A stretch of DNA of 64,000 bases from Eledone cirrhosa (lineage: Eukaryota), in contig OZ024741.1 of the NCBI GenBank assembly GCA_964016885.1, positions 124,558,001-124,622,000 of the forward strand, written 5' to 3'. The notes below the pieces were generated by a model. The model saw only the letters and a program-made list of their open reading frames with translations, ran no database searches and was not told the origin of the DNA. Below are positions 48,325 to 61,905 of this stretch, in pieces. Made by a program: the position numbers and the translations under genes. The first letter of the stretch is position 1. Every line of letters starts with the position of its first letter.

Positions 48325-48712
48325 GGTTGCATTTATTTTCTTTATGTTCATAAGAGTTATCACCAAGTCACAACCAGTGACCTCAAGAGACAACAAGGCC
48401 GCCATGTTCAAGAAAGAACATACATACACACACATGCATCTTTAGGTGTTTAGACTTGTGATGTACTTATATTGACAGAATCTTCCTTAGTATATGGGCA
48501 GTTCCCATTAGTACTATCTTTTGTATTTCTCCGATACGCGGGTTTCCTGGGATTTGCGATAAGTAATCATTAGACCCCTTAGGTATCGTTACTAGAGCGC
48601 CTACAACCACTGGTACTGTTTTAGTTCTCAATTTCCACATTTTTCCAATTTCTATCTCCAGGTCCTTATACTTTCCTCAATTTTTCAAATGTTTTTAAAG
48701 ATACATTCTTCT
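48325..48712 (-). mobile_element. 3' end of a second RLE LINE family, between (ATT)n tracts
   Basis: Minus strand KYKDLEIEIGKMWKLRTKTVPVVVGALVTIP..IQKIVLMGTAHILRKILSI*. Confidence 0.8.
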
Positions 48713-48732
48713 TCTTATTATTATTATTATTG

Positions 48733-51700
48733 GTCTAAGCAGACGTATTTTGCTCGCTCACAGTAAGTCGCTTTATTTGCCTGTTAAAAATATTTGTTGT
48801 TAAATATTTCTTGTTGTGTAAGGGATATAAGCCCCGTGAAGGGGAAAGTATAATGTTTGGGCCTTTTGGCCCAAATATTTGAACTTCTTTTTTACATGTT
48901 AAAAAATTTACGAAAAAAAAGAACATGGGTGAGCCACGCCCCCCAGCGATATCTGGGCTGTCGTGCGACAACGACGTTGAAGTTGAGAGGAGCGCTACAG
49001 CGAAATTAACACACATTGATAACACAAACACCACCACAAACAAAGTAAACAAAGACACCAATGATACCAATAAGAACACTAATTTTGAAAAAAATGACAG
49101 TAACAGCGACAACAAAAATACAGATAACAAAAAAACAACAATATCAACACCACTAACATGAAAACAAATAGCGACAACACCAACAGCAACAATACCAACT
49201 GCACCGATAACAACGGTGGCAACAAAGACAACAATGATAACAGCGACAATGCTAACAACAACAACACCAACAAGAACATCGTCAGCAAAACCCCCAACGA
49301 ACACAAGAAGAACACTTTCGCGGCGGCAGCAGCAAAAAAGGGGCCATGCTTCAACATGGACCTCTCAAACAAAGATGAAAAGTTGGCCCAGGCATGGAAG
49401 CTCATCAGGCAAGAGCAAACATGGGCCAACTTAACTGTCCCGGTAGAAGCTATTGAGGCAGTGGAGCGGAAAACGGTGCATTATAGATGCATCTCAGCAC
49501 AAACCAAAAGGGCAGCTTTAATCCCACAAGAAGATGTCGAAGTCGCGCTGAGATGCATCAGAGAAGACACCCAGTACACAGAGAGGGGCAGACAGTACGG
49601 AACAGTTTCGGTGTTGTTCAAGTCAGAAGCCCACGCTATGAAACACGCTATGACTCCTTGCAAAACCAGCAAGGTCATAATGTACCCCTCCCACAAGGAA
49701 AAAGAACGGCCCGTCTCCGCATTCCCAGAATCCCACCAACACTTGACGTGTGGTGGCTTCTGGGTTGTGTGATTGTGGAAGGGACGGATACAGTCCCTAT
49801 AGAAGTAACCCGAACGGTGACCCGAGAATGGGAAGACAATCCCGGACCACATCCGCCTTCAGAATGGGACGGTCATTCACATTATGACCGAAGGCGAAAG
49901 GCCGCAGTGTTTTGTTTGTGGGGAAAAAGCTCATTTGCTAGCCTTCTGCCCTCAACTGCTGGATGAGGCAAGGGGTCGAAAGGCTCCACTGCTGCCGACG
50001 CCGGGGCGAGGACCACAACCAACACCAGCACCGGCAAAACCACCAACAACAACATCAATAGAAAGACCACCACCAACATTGACCCCCCAGGGTGGAAACG
50101 AGGAAAGCTGTCAAATTCCCCCTCCCCACAAAAATACACACACCAATAAAACCATAAACATACATACAGACACACTTACAGACACAGACCCCTCATCTAC
50201 CAATAGTGAAAATGAGGGAAATCCCAAATCCCCCAAAATACAAAAAAGGAAACACAAAAAGAAAAAAAAACTCAACAAAGCACAAAATCACCCACAATAA
50301 AAAAACGCAGACAACACCCACGCAAACATCTCTCCAATAACACCAATATCAACACCACCATCACCATCACCAGAATCCCCTAAACGCAAACAACCTAAAC
50401 AGACGCAAGAACAAATATACACACACACATCTGAAACCACAGACACCGCGCTCACAACAAACACAGATACAACCGAAACAACACCACCAAAACCATCACC
50501 ACCACAGCCGCGCAAACAAATAAAATCACACCAACAAAACATACAAAACTTCGTGCTCGTCAGGAGGGCCAACAAGGAACTGATGGCCCTCGTAGCATGA
50601 AGTGAAAATATACAAAAAGAGGGGGAAATTTTTAAATCGAGCACATTTCGCGTGCCGGAAGATTTGGTTCGGGTGCGAATGTCGCTCAACATATTCAAAT
50701 AAATACGAGACAGCTTTCCTCGGGACGTGGGAACCCCGAACGTAAAACCCACTTCAAGACTTTTAAAGGGGTTCCCAAAAGAAACCCCACTAACTATGGA
50801 GGTCGAACAATCCGACCTTCACAAGAACCCGGAAGGTAAGTAAACCTTCCTCTCTCTCTGTTTAACCTGCCAACATGGGCGTATTAAGAGTAGGATGTTT
50901 AAATGTTCGAGGCCTGGGATCGTCCTGGAAGCAGGGTCACCTGCTCAACGACCTCAGGTCTATAGAAATGGATGTAATTGCTGTCAGCGAGACCAGGATT
51001 TCCGACACGCGCGCACTAGCCCCCATTTTCGACGACTATCAGATCTTTGCATCTGTTAGCCGGCTGGGAATGGGAGACGGGGTGGCAGTGCTGTTTAGGA
51101 AAGGCCTGGATCTCGAAGTAATTGACGATCTTCCGGAACCCGGACGGGAAGTTGGTGGTCCTGGACGTGAACAATAATGAAGGTGGTGCCTTTAGACTGG
51201 TGGCCGTCTATGCTCCTACTGGGGCAGGACGGCCGGACTTCTTTAGACGCCTGGAAGCCTTTCTGGGTACGTCTCCCCCTTTACTGTTAGCGGGGGACTG
51301 GAACGGCACTTAGACGCACGCTTGGACTGTGTGGGTGTATCCGATAGGAGCGGGGGGTGCAAAAGCCTCAAGAACCTGATCACCAGTTCCAGCTGTCTGA
51401 CAGGTACCGACTAGATTTCCCTAATGCGCCAGTGTGGACCTGGGCTAACCGCATAGGGTCATCTAGATCGTATATAGACAGGATATTCATTAGGAAAATA
51501 GACAGAAATAGTGTAAGCTGTCCACGTGTTGAAACAGTCGCCTATTCAGATCACAAGTTTGTGATCTGTATGGTCGACCTAGATAAAACGCGTAGGTTAG
51601 GACCTGGTTACTGGAAGCTAAACATGTCATTTCCGGCACGTAAGGCTTACCAGGACCAGGTCGACAATTTAGTTAAGAAAAAGTTGACAGGGGGAATCGT

Positions 51701-54510
51701 CAACAATAGATGGTGGGGGGCTCTCAAAAGAGAGATTAGAGTAATGTCGATAGAGTTTAGCAAAGAAGTAGCATTAGAGAAAAATAGAAAGGAGGGGGGG
51801 TTTGGTAGATAAGTTAGACGAGGCTATTGTTAGTGGCATGCAACTGATGTGCTAGCGGCGAGAATGGCATTAGACCATTTCTTCAATGCGAAACACGAAG
51901 GTTGCATTGTCCGAGCTATGGCGCGTGCTCTGAGAAACGAGGGAACCAAAGCTGTTCGATGGGCCCGCGTGGAAGACGCGCAGCGTGGTAATAAAACCAC
52001 GATTCGGTCTTTGACGGGCCGAGACGGGCACGAGCTGAGCGATTCCAAGAAGATGTGTGAGGCCTTTCGCCAACATTTTGCTCGGTTGTTCGGGGGAAGT
52101 GGCGGGTCAGAGATGGTTGCGGACTTCAGTCCCTACCTCGATGGCTTGCGGAACTCTCAACGGCCGACGCTGGACGCTGCGAAAGGCCAATTACTTCAGC
52201 CGAGATTCAGGATGCCCTTGTCGTCTGCATGAAGCGCAAGTCACCCGGTTTGGATGGTCTTCCCTACGAGCTTTACGTAAATATGCCAGACTTGTTCTCC
52301 AATCTCCTCGAAGCCCTCTACTGCAACTGGCAGCAAAACGGGAGTATTCCCAGTTCTGTGAGCCGGGGCGTAGTGACGCTGATAAGGAAAGACGAGAACA
52401 AGTGGGCATACAGAGTTTAAGATTTTGGCCAGGGTGTTAGCGAAGAGGTTGGCGCTTGTCGACGTGGATTTGGTTGGGGAGGGGCAAACATGCGCAATCG
52501 CAATCAGGTTCATACACGACAACCTCCACCTAATGCGATACATCATAGAGAGGGTAGGGTGTAAACCTGGCTTCGGTGGGGCTCTGATCAATTTAGATCA
52601 ATCGAAAGCATTCGATAGGGTCGACCATCGGTACCTGGAGGCTGTCCTCAGAAGCTGGATCGCTGCAATGCACAGCGGCACCTGCTCGATGGTCAAAATT
52701 AATGGCCACCTCTCGGAACCGTTTCAGGTCTCCCGATCGGTCTGTCAAGGGTTCCCTCTCTCCTCCCTTCTGTACGTATTGACTCTCGAGCCATTACTGT
52801 GGAAGCTGGAGCTGTTGCAGGGCATCCCGCTCGAACCGGGACGCGGAAAGGCTGTGTCGGCTTATGCGGACGACATCACCCTGATGGTGTCGGACACCTT
52901 AGAAATCGAGGTGGTCGGCAACTTATTGGAGGAATATGAAAGGTTGACGGGAGCAAAACTTAACCCGGAAAAGTCAGTGGGCTTGCAACTCGGCACCTGG
53001 AGAGGCAAGTCCATGCCGTCCAACAGCGTCGTTTGGCGCTGGACGGACGGACCGGTAAAGTTGCTAGGAGTTTGGTTCGGGCCAGACCTCCAGGTGGATA
53101 AGAATTGGGACGAGGTGACGGGCAGGGTAGTCAGTCTCACCCAGAAATGGGCTAGGATGAAGCTATCACTGAAAGGTCGGGCAGAGGTGGCGAACGCGTA
53201 CATCGCGTCCGTCATCTACTACCGTCTGACTGTCGTCTCTTTCCCCCGTTCGCGCCTCCCCATCTTCAAATTCTTGTGGAGGGGTCAGGTTCCGCTGGTT
53301 AGCTTCTGGAGGGGTCAGGTTCCGCTGGTGAGGCGGTCCATCTGCTGTCAGCACCCTCTACGTGATGGCCTGTTTATGCCGTGGCTAATGATGCGCAGGC
53401 ACGCGCTGAGGCTGCGGCATCTCCAGATATTCTGCCTAAACGGTGAACAGGTGTGGTCGCCGTTTGTCAGACGGGCCTTTCCGCAGCTCGTTTCCTTGAC
53501 TGAGTTGCAGTCCTGGGTCAAGAAGAGACCGAGACTGGGTGACTGGCATCTGGAATGTTGCCAGGCATTCACTGCCCTCTACCAGGCGGGAAATGCGGTC
53601 AGTGGAACTTCCACTTTCGAGTTCTATATAGGATTAGTGGTGGGCAAGTGCGACGACACACTCGGGGAGGCTCTGGGAGTCAACGAAGTCGAACTAACCA
53701 GTCTGTATCGGAGCACTTTCGAGCCGGGGACGATGGATAATTTCCAAAAATCCCTCGCTTGGCAGTGCTATCGGGGGTCAGTGCCAGTTCGAGATAAACT
53801 CTACAGGCACGGAAGTGCTGTCAGAAGGACCTGCCCGAGATGCGCGCAGAGCGATGAAACCGTTCTGCACGCACTCGTCCAGTGTCCGTGCATTACTGAC
53901 TTGTGGAGTTATGTTGAACAGCTGTTGTCGCGTGTAGAACGTATCCGGCTATCGGCCGAGTCCATAGTGAAGATCGACCCGCCGTCTTCTTTTGGCCTGG
54001 AAGGGCAGGCAATTTTCCTGTCTGGTGGCAGTAGCGAAAGAGGTTTTATGGTGGACGAGGTTGAAAGGACTGAAGACAGACACTTTTCTCTTCGGCCAAT
54101 CCCTCATCAACTTTTTCAAGTTTCACTTGGAAAGGAAGGTGAGGGTGCAGAGAGAAGTGCTGCCCCCAGTACATTTTTTGAAAGGTGGGTGAATGTGGCG
54201 AGAATGGCTCGTGTGAGTGGACCTACATTGGTCATGCGGTTGTAGGTAGGTAAATTTGAAGAGGAGAGGGGTGCCCTTCCAGGGTGCTCTCGAAGCGTCG
54301 GGTCGTTCAAAACTGGTGGGGTACCTGAGCGAACCCTAGGTGGTCATCTCCCCCATTGGCGAATTTTTCTTGTTGTAATTTTCTTGTTACTTTATTGTTA
54401 CTTTGTTTTTGTTATTCATATTGTTTACTCGATTTATCTGTAAAACCCCACTGTCCCAGTCTTTTGTATTGTCCCCTATATGTCGGCCCTTGTGGCCAAT
54501 AAATGAAATC
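48733..54510 (+). mobile_element. Tx1/L1-clade LINE, apparently full length (~5.8 kb), frameshifted
   Basis: Starts immediately after (ATT)n; broken ORF1 at 48925-50840 with a CCHC knuckle, ORF2 at 50875-54245; 3' GGCCCTTGTGGCCAATAAA then (ATT)n. Confidence 0.92.
50875..54245 (+). pseudogene. LINE ORF2: AP endonuclease - reverse transcriptase - zinc finger
   Basis: LNVRGL, VSETR, VYAP, AGDWN, YIDRIF, SDHK, GPGYWKLN, KSPGLDGLPYE, LDQSKAFDRVDH, VCQGFPLS, AYADD, CPRCAQSDETVLHALVQC; several frameshifts and stops; in-frame 30-bp duplication at ~53277-53329. Confidence 0.92.
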
Positions 54511-54529
54511 ATTATTATTATTATTATTA

Positions 54530-54716
54530 GGCGGTGGATTGGCAGTATTGGTAGAGTGTCGGAAGCCATGCTTTGGCGCATAGAGTTACGGCCCTTGCCA
54601 TTCTGAGTTCAAATCCCGCAGAGGTTAACTTTGCCTTTCATCCTTACGGGTTCGATAAAATAAGGTACCAGTAATACACTGGATAAATGCTGGCCTTGTG
54701 CCTAACGTAGAAACAA
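54530..54716 (+). mobile_element. SINE (main family), full length, inside (ATT)n between the Tx1 and Dong tails
   Basis: A box TGGCAGTATTGG, B box GAGTTCAAATCC, 3' GGCCTTGTGCC..GAAACA followed by (ATT)n. Confidence 0.9.
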
Positions 54717-54732
54717 TTATTATTATTATTAT

Positions 54733-57700
54733 TGTTTTTGACTCTCAGTTAGTGATGTTGGTAAACTGGAAAGTTTGTTGAAATTAATATCAAGCCACTA
54801 CCTGCAGCCTCAGATATTCAGGACGTATCGGAGGGTTCTTGCTGTTCCTAGCAAGCATGCCTTTTGAAGTGTTCCAAAAAGCGCGAAGGGGCCAATTTTC
54901 TTTAACCATCCCTGGAAACTCTTTGAGATAGTACCTAGTGCGCCTATGATAAACGGGACCACTTTGACTTCATGGCAGTTCCAAATCCTTTTTACCTCCC
55001 ACTTTAAGTCCTGGTATCGGTTAATTTTCTCCCTCTCCTTCTCTTGCACTCTCGTGTCGAATGGGTAGGCCACATCCACAATCAGGCACGATCTTTTTTC
55101 CTTGTCCAAAACCACCAGGTCAGGTCTATTGTGTTCCAGTTTCTTGTCCGTCTGTCTCCTAAAATCCCACAGCACCTTCACCTGATCGTTTTCTATCACT
55201 GACTCTGGCTTATGCTCATACCACTTCTCAGAATGTGGTAAATGGTTTACTTTGCATAGGTGCCAGTGGGTCACCCTGCCCATCACATCATGTCTCTAGC
55301 CTTTATAGTGAGTCTGGGCTAGGTGTTTACACTCGGATACAATGTGAGCCACAATCTCCTCTCTCTCTCTCCACAGATCTTGCACGATGGGCTAGCCTTC
55401 TCCTTGTAAATATGGTGTTTTAGCCACTTCCTTTTGAGGGCCTGCTCTTGCGCAGCCATTAGCATTCCTTCTGTAGCCTTTTTAAGGTCTCCTCTTTTCA
55501 ACCAGTTGTGTGGATCTCTGAATTCAGTTTATTCAAAGAATGTACTATGAAGGGATTTTTTCATGAAGGTTGCTCTTTCCCCTTGTTGTTATTTCCTCCT
55601 TGGACATCTCCTGGTCTATTGTCCTCTCCTTAAGTAGAATTCTGAGCATTGGCTCCTTTCTATCAGCCACGTATTTGTGTAGGTTGTTTCTCTCCATCTG
55701 AACACAGTCCTCTATGCTGATAAGATCTCTTCCACCTTCAGATTTCCTTAAGTAGAGTCTGTCGACATCACTCCTCTTGTGGAACATGGTGTAGATAGTC
55801 AATAGCTTCCTAGTCTTCCTATCCATTTCATTTTGCTCAGCAACATTCCATCTCAGAATTCCCGCACTGTACTTAATAATAGACACAGCTATTTAACACG
55901 CTCCTTACTCTCCGAATGTATTCAGATCTTATCAATTGCTTCATGTTTTTGTTCTTGATGTCATCAGCCTCCAGAACACCCAAATACTTGTATCCTTCTT
56001 ATGTGTCAATTTCCTTTATCATCTCACCTGTTGGTACCTGGATTCCGTTGCTTCTGCTCAATTTAACCCTCTTCATCACAAAGACTCCACACTTACTAAT
56101 ACCAAATTGCATACATTTATCATTGCTGAAAACACGGACAGTGTCAACAAGCACATCCAACTCCTTCTCACTCTTCCCGAAGAGCGTAAGATCGTCCATG
56201 AAGAGGAGGTGGTTGATGTTAAGCTCTCCTTTTCGCAACTTGTATCCTGCTCTCACTTTTCGCAATATGACGGTCAGGCGTATCAGGGAAAGTACAAACA
56301 GCAGAGGGGACAAACTATATCCATGGAAGATACCTCTCTTGATCTTCACGCCTCCCAAGGATTCTCCACCCGATGTTAACTCTGTTTCCCAGGACTTCAT
56401 ACTTTTGCTCTGTCTGATGCTATCTGCCACCTTGAAGATCTCTAGACTTTTGGTTATCCAAGAATGAGGTACCATGCCGAATGCATTTTTGTAATATATC
56501 CATCCCATGGCAATACCAGTGTGCCTCCTCTGCAAATCCTCATTACAATCTTATCAATAAGTAACTGGTCTTTTGTACCACGGGACTTCTTTCGGCATCC
56601 TTTCTGTTCGTCCGGTAACATGTTGTTTATGTGAAGGTGATGGTAGATTTCCTCAGACACAATACTTGTTAACAGTTTCCACATTACGGACAAACATGTG
56701 ATAGGTCTATAGTTGGTAACATCATTAATTCGGTCTTTCATTACCAGAACTGTCGTACCTTTTGTCAACCACTCTGGAACTTCACCCAACATCAAGCAGT
56801 CATTAAATATGGTTGTCAGTTTCGGGTGGAGGGATGTTATATTTTTAATCCAATACCCTTGCACACCATCTGGGCCTGGTGATTTCCAGTTGGTTAGTTT
56901 TTTGGCCTGCCCTTTAAGAGTTTCAACTGTGATACTCAAATCAAGTTGTTGGTGTGCTTGTTCCTTTTGAACTGTCTCAATCCACACTGCCTGACTATTA
57001 TATTCAACATCCTGCTCCCATATTACTCTCCTCCAGAATCGCTTAGTCTCTTCCGCCTCAGTTATCAAGTCGTTGCCTCTTTCTTTCCCTTCAAGCTGTC
57101 CAAACAACATCTTCTGGTTGTTGTCAAACATGTGGTTCTGTCTATACTGACTGACTCTGCTCTCGTATCGCCTAATCTTTGCACTTTTGCTACAATGCGT
57201 TTCTTCAGTTCCTCTATGATAATATTTAGCTTTTTTCCTCTAGTTTTGTATTTTATTTTCAATCTATCTTTATTGTCTATGTTTTGTAATGTACCATTCA
57301 GTAAGGACTCAAGCTTTCCAATGTCTTTTCTCATTTCCTTGATTTGACCATTCAGTCGTTTCTTCCACCAAGGTTCTGATCTTTCTTGTTTGTTGTATCC
57401 TCTCGTTTTTATCCCAAGTAATTTCCTCATCGCATTTGACGTTGCTTTGAGGATATTGTTGCATTGGTGAAGGTTCCTCGCCTCAAGGTATGGGATGACT
57501 TTCTTTACCTTAGCTGTTGTTTATATTAACTTTTTCCTGTCTACAAATCTTAGGTTCATAGGTTTTCCACTATCATTGTTCATTTCTACTACCACTAAGT
57601 TCAGGATATCAACTAAATCTTGCCCTAGCCCGTCAGCATTTATTTCCTCAATGGACGTACCTTTGTTCCAGATGTTATATATTTCAACATTCAGATCATT

Positions 57701-58263
57701 GTCTACATTGGATGCTTCCTCAGGTCTCTCAACCTCTTCCCCTTCATTTTCCACTGGCTCGTTTGCCTGACTTACTCCACTCTCCATTTCCAACTTAAAG
57801 CACTCTGATCAGTTCCTCCAGTTCCAACTGGCTTATCCATCCATTAGTTCTTATTACCCGAGTCTGCCCGGCTAATCTCTGTTCACCTAATGTAAATAGA
57901 CCAATCTCGTTCCAGATGTTATGCATCCGTTTCCTATAGCCTTTTTCCATGGAGTTACTCTTCAGGTACTCTTTCATGACAGTTCGAGTCAATTCTTTCG
58001 TCCAGTTGGTTCTTGTCCCTTTCCTTCTTCCTCCAACACCAGCAGCATTTGGAGGACATCCAGGTCCCTGCTGCTAGGCCAGGGAGCACTTGCTGGGTGA
58101 GAGTCTTTCACATGACGTTCCATTCTCCTTTTCACCGTTATTCGAACTGTTTAGGTTTGACATTTAAACATTCATATCGAGGATTGGTGAATGTATAGTT
58201 ACATAACCACCAGTGATTTCATCACCCCCGGTATTTTTAGCGTAATGCCATCACGTTGTAGAC
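54733..58263 (-). mobile_element. R4/Dong-like RLE LINE copy C (near full length, decayed)
   Basis: ORF fragments 57795-57992 to 54810-55286 cover the N-terminus, [23 protein letters not shown] and RLE; (TAA)n tail. Confidence 0.9.
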
Positions 58264-58309
58264 GAAAATAAATAAATAACAAATAAATAAATAAAAACAT
58301 AAAATGATT

Positions 58310-59070
58310 AACTTGGTGTAATCTGAAGTACTTTTTAATCTTTCTCTTGTCGGTGCTGGCTATATGGTCTGCGATGTTATGTGTGATCGAGTAGGAGATT
58401 TTAATGGTATTTTTGTTAAATAGGTTGTGGTATTTATGGTTAGTTGGGAAGTTTTTGTCTAAAATAGAGAAGAAAGCTTTAGGCATGTTTGTTGAGACAT
58501 CTAAGTTGAACTGAGGATTAAAAAATGTGTTACTTCTTCTATTCTTCTAATGATTGTTATTTATATTATTGTTTTGTGTGGTGTTAGGTTCCGTATTATT
58601 TATATTTTTGTTTTTAACATAATTTTTCTTTCTGTGGTTTTTCCTAGGATTATTGTTGTGGTGTGAGTTAACTTTTTTGATACCCTCTGTATAGGAGTTG
58701 GTATTTTCAATACTATGATTATATTTAATTTTTATTCAAGGCCATGTTGTGTGAAATTATATTATATTGTTTATGGATAGACGACGATTTAGGTTTAAAT
58801 TTAATTTTATCTCTATGGCCCGAACGAGCTAAGGCTTCATTATAGTATTGGAATAAATGTAGTCTCGCTGTAAGAAAGACTAGAAATTCTGTTATACACC
58901 CATTTAATGATTGAGGTCAATACAGATTTAGGGTGGTTAGAGTTGTTATTAACATAGAAAGGTTTTCCATTGGGTTTACGATAAGGATTGTACGTTTTAG
59001 AGTCTAAGTAGAGAGTAACGTCAAGGAAGTTAACATTTTTGGTGTTTTTATCTAAAGAGATACATTAGTA
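58310..59070 (-). mobile_element. Penelope-like element fragment (RT C-terminus / thumb / linker)
   Basis: VNFLDVTLYL..PYRKPNGKPFYVNNNSNHP and FNPQF..TNMPKAFFSILDKNFPTNHKYHNLFNKNTIKISYS. Confidence 0.75.
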
Positions 59071-59129
59071 TGACCCTCCATATTTATATTTGTATATTAA
59101 ACATATATAAGTATAAATATTATAATTAT

Positions 59130-59132
<3 letters not shown>

Positions 59133-59191
<59 letters not shown>

Positions 59192-59305
59192 ATTCATGTA
59201 TGTATGTGTATTATGGTTAAGTTGTATATATTATTAAAGAAATTATATATATATATACACATATATATACATACATATATACACACACATATATATATAC
59301 ATATT

Positions 59306-59347
<42 letters not shown>

Positions 59348-59350
59348 CAC

Positions 59351-59447
<97 letters not shown>

Positions 59448-59494
59448 TACACATATATACACATATATACACATACCTATATATATATATATAT
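59133..59494. repeat. Long (TA)n / TA-CA microsatellite, representative of dozens of (TA)n, (CA)n, (GA)n and (ATT)n tracts in the window
   Basis: Direct inspection; other long tracts include 306-372, 18361-18468, 21556-21638, 32335-32426 and 38023-38114. Confidence 0.95.
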
Positions 59495-59627
59495 AAAAGA
59501 AATAAGATTTCGCTTCAAGCATAGCTTTATACAATATGTATAGAAATTTCGTATTTCAAAAGAAATACGTTTTTACGAAGCCGTAGCTATGCGAACACCG
59601 GGGGGCTAACGCCCTCTGGTGATGTCC
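59494..59627 (-). repeat. Partial copy of the 324-bp HHR repeat family (3' part only, no ribozyme)
   Basis: Reverse complement matches ~7745-7878. Confidence 0.85.
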
Positions 59628-60011
59628 ATATGTATATATATATCTATAGATATAGATATACACTGGTGTGTATGATTGTGTATAGATTATATTAATAAAA
59701 GGAATTCCAACTTTGTCTGATTTACTCGTTTTATTTACAATCTTTTAAAATTTATAATGGTATTAGAATGAAATAGTATGGTAGAATATTAAATGTTAAG
59801 TGTTAATTGAACAAGTACTTTCATGCTTTCGCAATCTTCAGGTTCATAATATGTGGTGACAGTCAAGTTTGCAATTTTCAACTGTATATATTTTCAACTA
59901 AATATATATATATATATTTATATTTATATTTATATATATATATATATTTATATTTATATTTATATATATAAATATATATATATATATTTATATTTATATT
60001 TATATATATAT

Positions 60012-60064
<53 letters not shown>

Positions 60065-60074
<10 letters not shown>

Positions 60075-61618
60075 AAAGGTAAACAGAAATAACAACACAA
60101 TCGGTACAGTAAATGGAAGGGATATATTAGGTGAACGCTTGATATAGCAGGAAGGGGGTCTTAACGTTAGAGACGCTAGTCCTTCGTAAGAAGAAAGAAT
60201 GACAAATAAGATAGATTGAGAGGACGGGGGGTGTGGAATTGGAAAAATGTCTTTAGATAAAAATAACAGGTCCATTCATGTTGACATCTATTGCAAAACT
60301 GTTGGTGGTGGCGTTATGTGTATGATTTGTTTTTTAGAAAAGTGGATGATGGAGCGCTTCTACCTGAAATGGAAAAAAAAACGTTTTATAAAAAGAGGTA
60401 TACTTGTGCACGTATGTAAGCATGTGGTTGTGTGTGTGTGTTTTGTTATTATACATCCGTGCGAGGCTAAGAAGAAAAGTGTGTGTATATGTGAGTAAAA
60501 GAGTGTGTGTGCATGTAAGTACGAAGCTATGAGCAAAAGTATGTTAATATAAGGGTGTGTATGTGTGTATACAGAGCAGTGAAGGGAAAAGTGGAGTGAT
60601 CATATATATTCGGCATGAATTAGTTGTAAGAGAAGATGTTAATGATTAAGTGAAAGCGATAGGAATCAATGAGTGTGATAATGGACGGGGTACTAGAGAA
60701 ATTGAGGAGGTGAGTTGAGTCCAAGAGGGGAATAGGACCCAAGACGGTGAATCAGACTTTGTTCAGTCCTTGTGCGTGAGGCCTGTGTTCCATGATGTAA
60801 AAAGGACACTCGGGACTGAAACATGTAGGGAAGAATGATGACAAGGAGAACAGAAATGACCTGCGACTGGAGTATCCAAACCGAGTCGTATGTCCCTCAA
60901 ATGTTCGGCATATACGGTGTCTCGTTTGTACGATATATAAAGACCCGCAAAGGGAGTACTGGAGGCATAGACAACGTGGGTGGGTGTGCAGGTGAAGGAA
61001 TGGCGGATACGAAATACCCGTTAGCGCCTTTAAGAGTGGTGAGGGAGGAAATAAAGGGACAAGTGTTTCAGCGGGAACGGGAACAAGGATGAGAGCCGGG
61101 TGGAGTCGTGTGAGAGGACGAAAAGGAACTGCGAACCAGGAGGTCGCGGAGGTTGCGGGTGCGCTTAAAAGCAGTAATGGGTGGGTTTGGAAAAAAGCGA
61201 GAAGTGACGGGGGAAGAAGAGAGGATACGGAAGAAACGGAGGATATGTCGCCGGAGGATATGTTGCCGGTTGGGTGATGGGGTGGTAGGTGAGAGGGAAA
61301 GGAACACGGGTGTTGGGAGGGCAGGGGTGAGGTGAGAGGGCTGTGGTGCGGTCTGTTTCACGAGCGCGGGTCAGAGCAGCTTGGATCAGGGTGAGGGGAT
61401 ATCCACGCTGGATGAAGCAGGAAGCCATGCGAAGGGAATGGGTTTCGAAATCGTCGTCCTGCCTACAGTCGACGAAGACGGAGCAATCGGGAATAGGGTA
61501 TGGAGTGTTTGGTGTGGTTTGGATGGGAGGAGGTAAAGTCGAGGTGCTATATCAAGCGTTAACATAATATATCCCTTCCATATACTGACCGATTGTGTTG
61601 TTATATATGTTTACCTTT

Positions 61619-61628
<10 letters not shown>
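60065..61628 (-). mobile_element. 5'-truncated Penelope-like element with inverted pLTR ends, embedded in (TA)n
   Basis: FIQRGYP..VPFPLTYHP, PPITAFKRTRNLRDLLVRS, EQSLIHRLGSYSPLGLN; pLTR at 60065-60290 (decayed HHR at 60159-60194) and an inverted pLTR piece at 61545-61628. Confidence 0.8.
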
Positions 61629-61701
<73 letters not shown>

Positions 61702-61832
61702 ACGCTTACGTGGACCTCTCATACTTCGTTGGATTTCCTGATTGGATTTTCACCTCGAAACTGGATACCAACCCGGAGTACACCTGAATTTCCACCAGGA
61801 CATCTTTCGTATCTTTGAAATTTTCTTTGCTT

Positions 61833-61905
<73 letters not shown>

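Noticed and set aside
54530-54620. tRNA-like A/B boxes here and in other copies
   Set aside because: No cloverleaf; they continue into a SINE body and tail, so they are SINE heads rather than tRNA genes.
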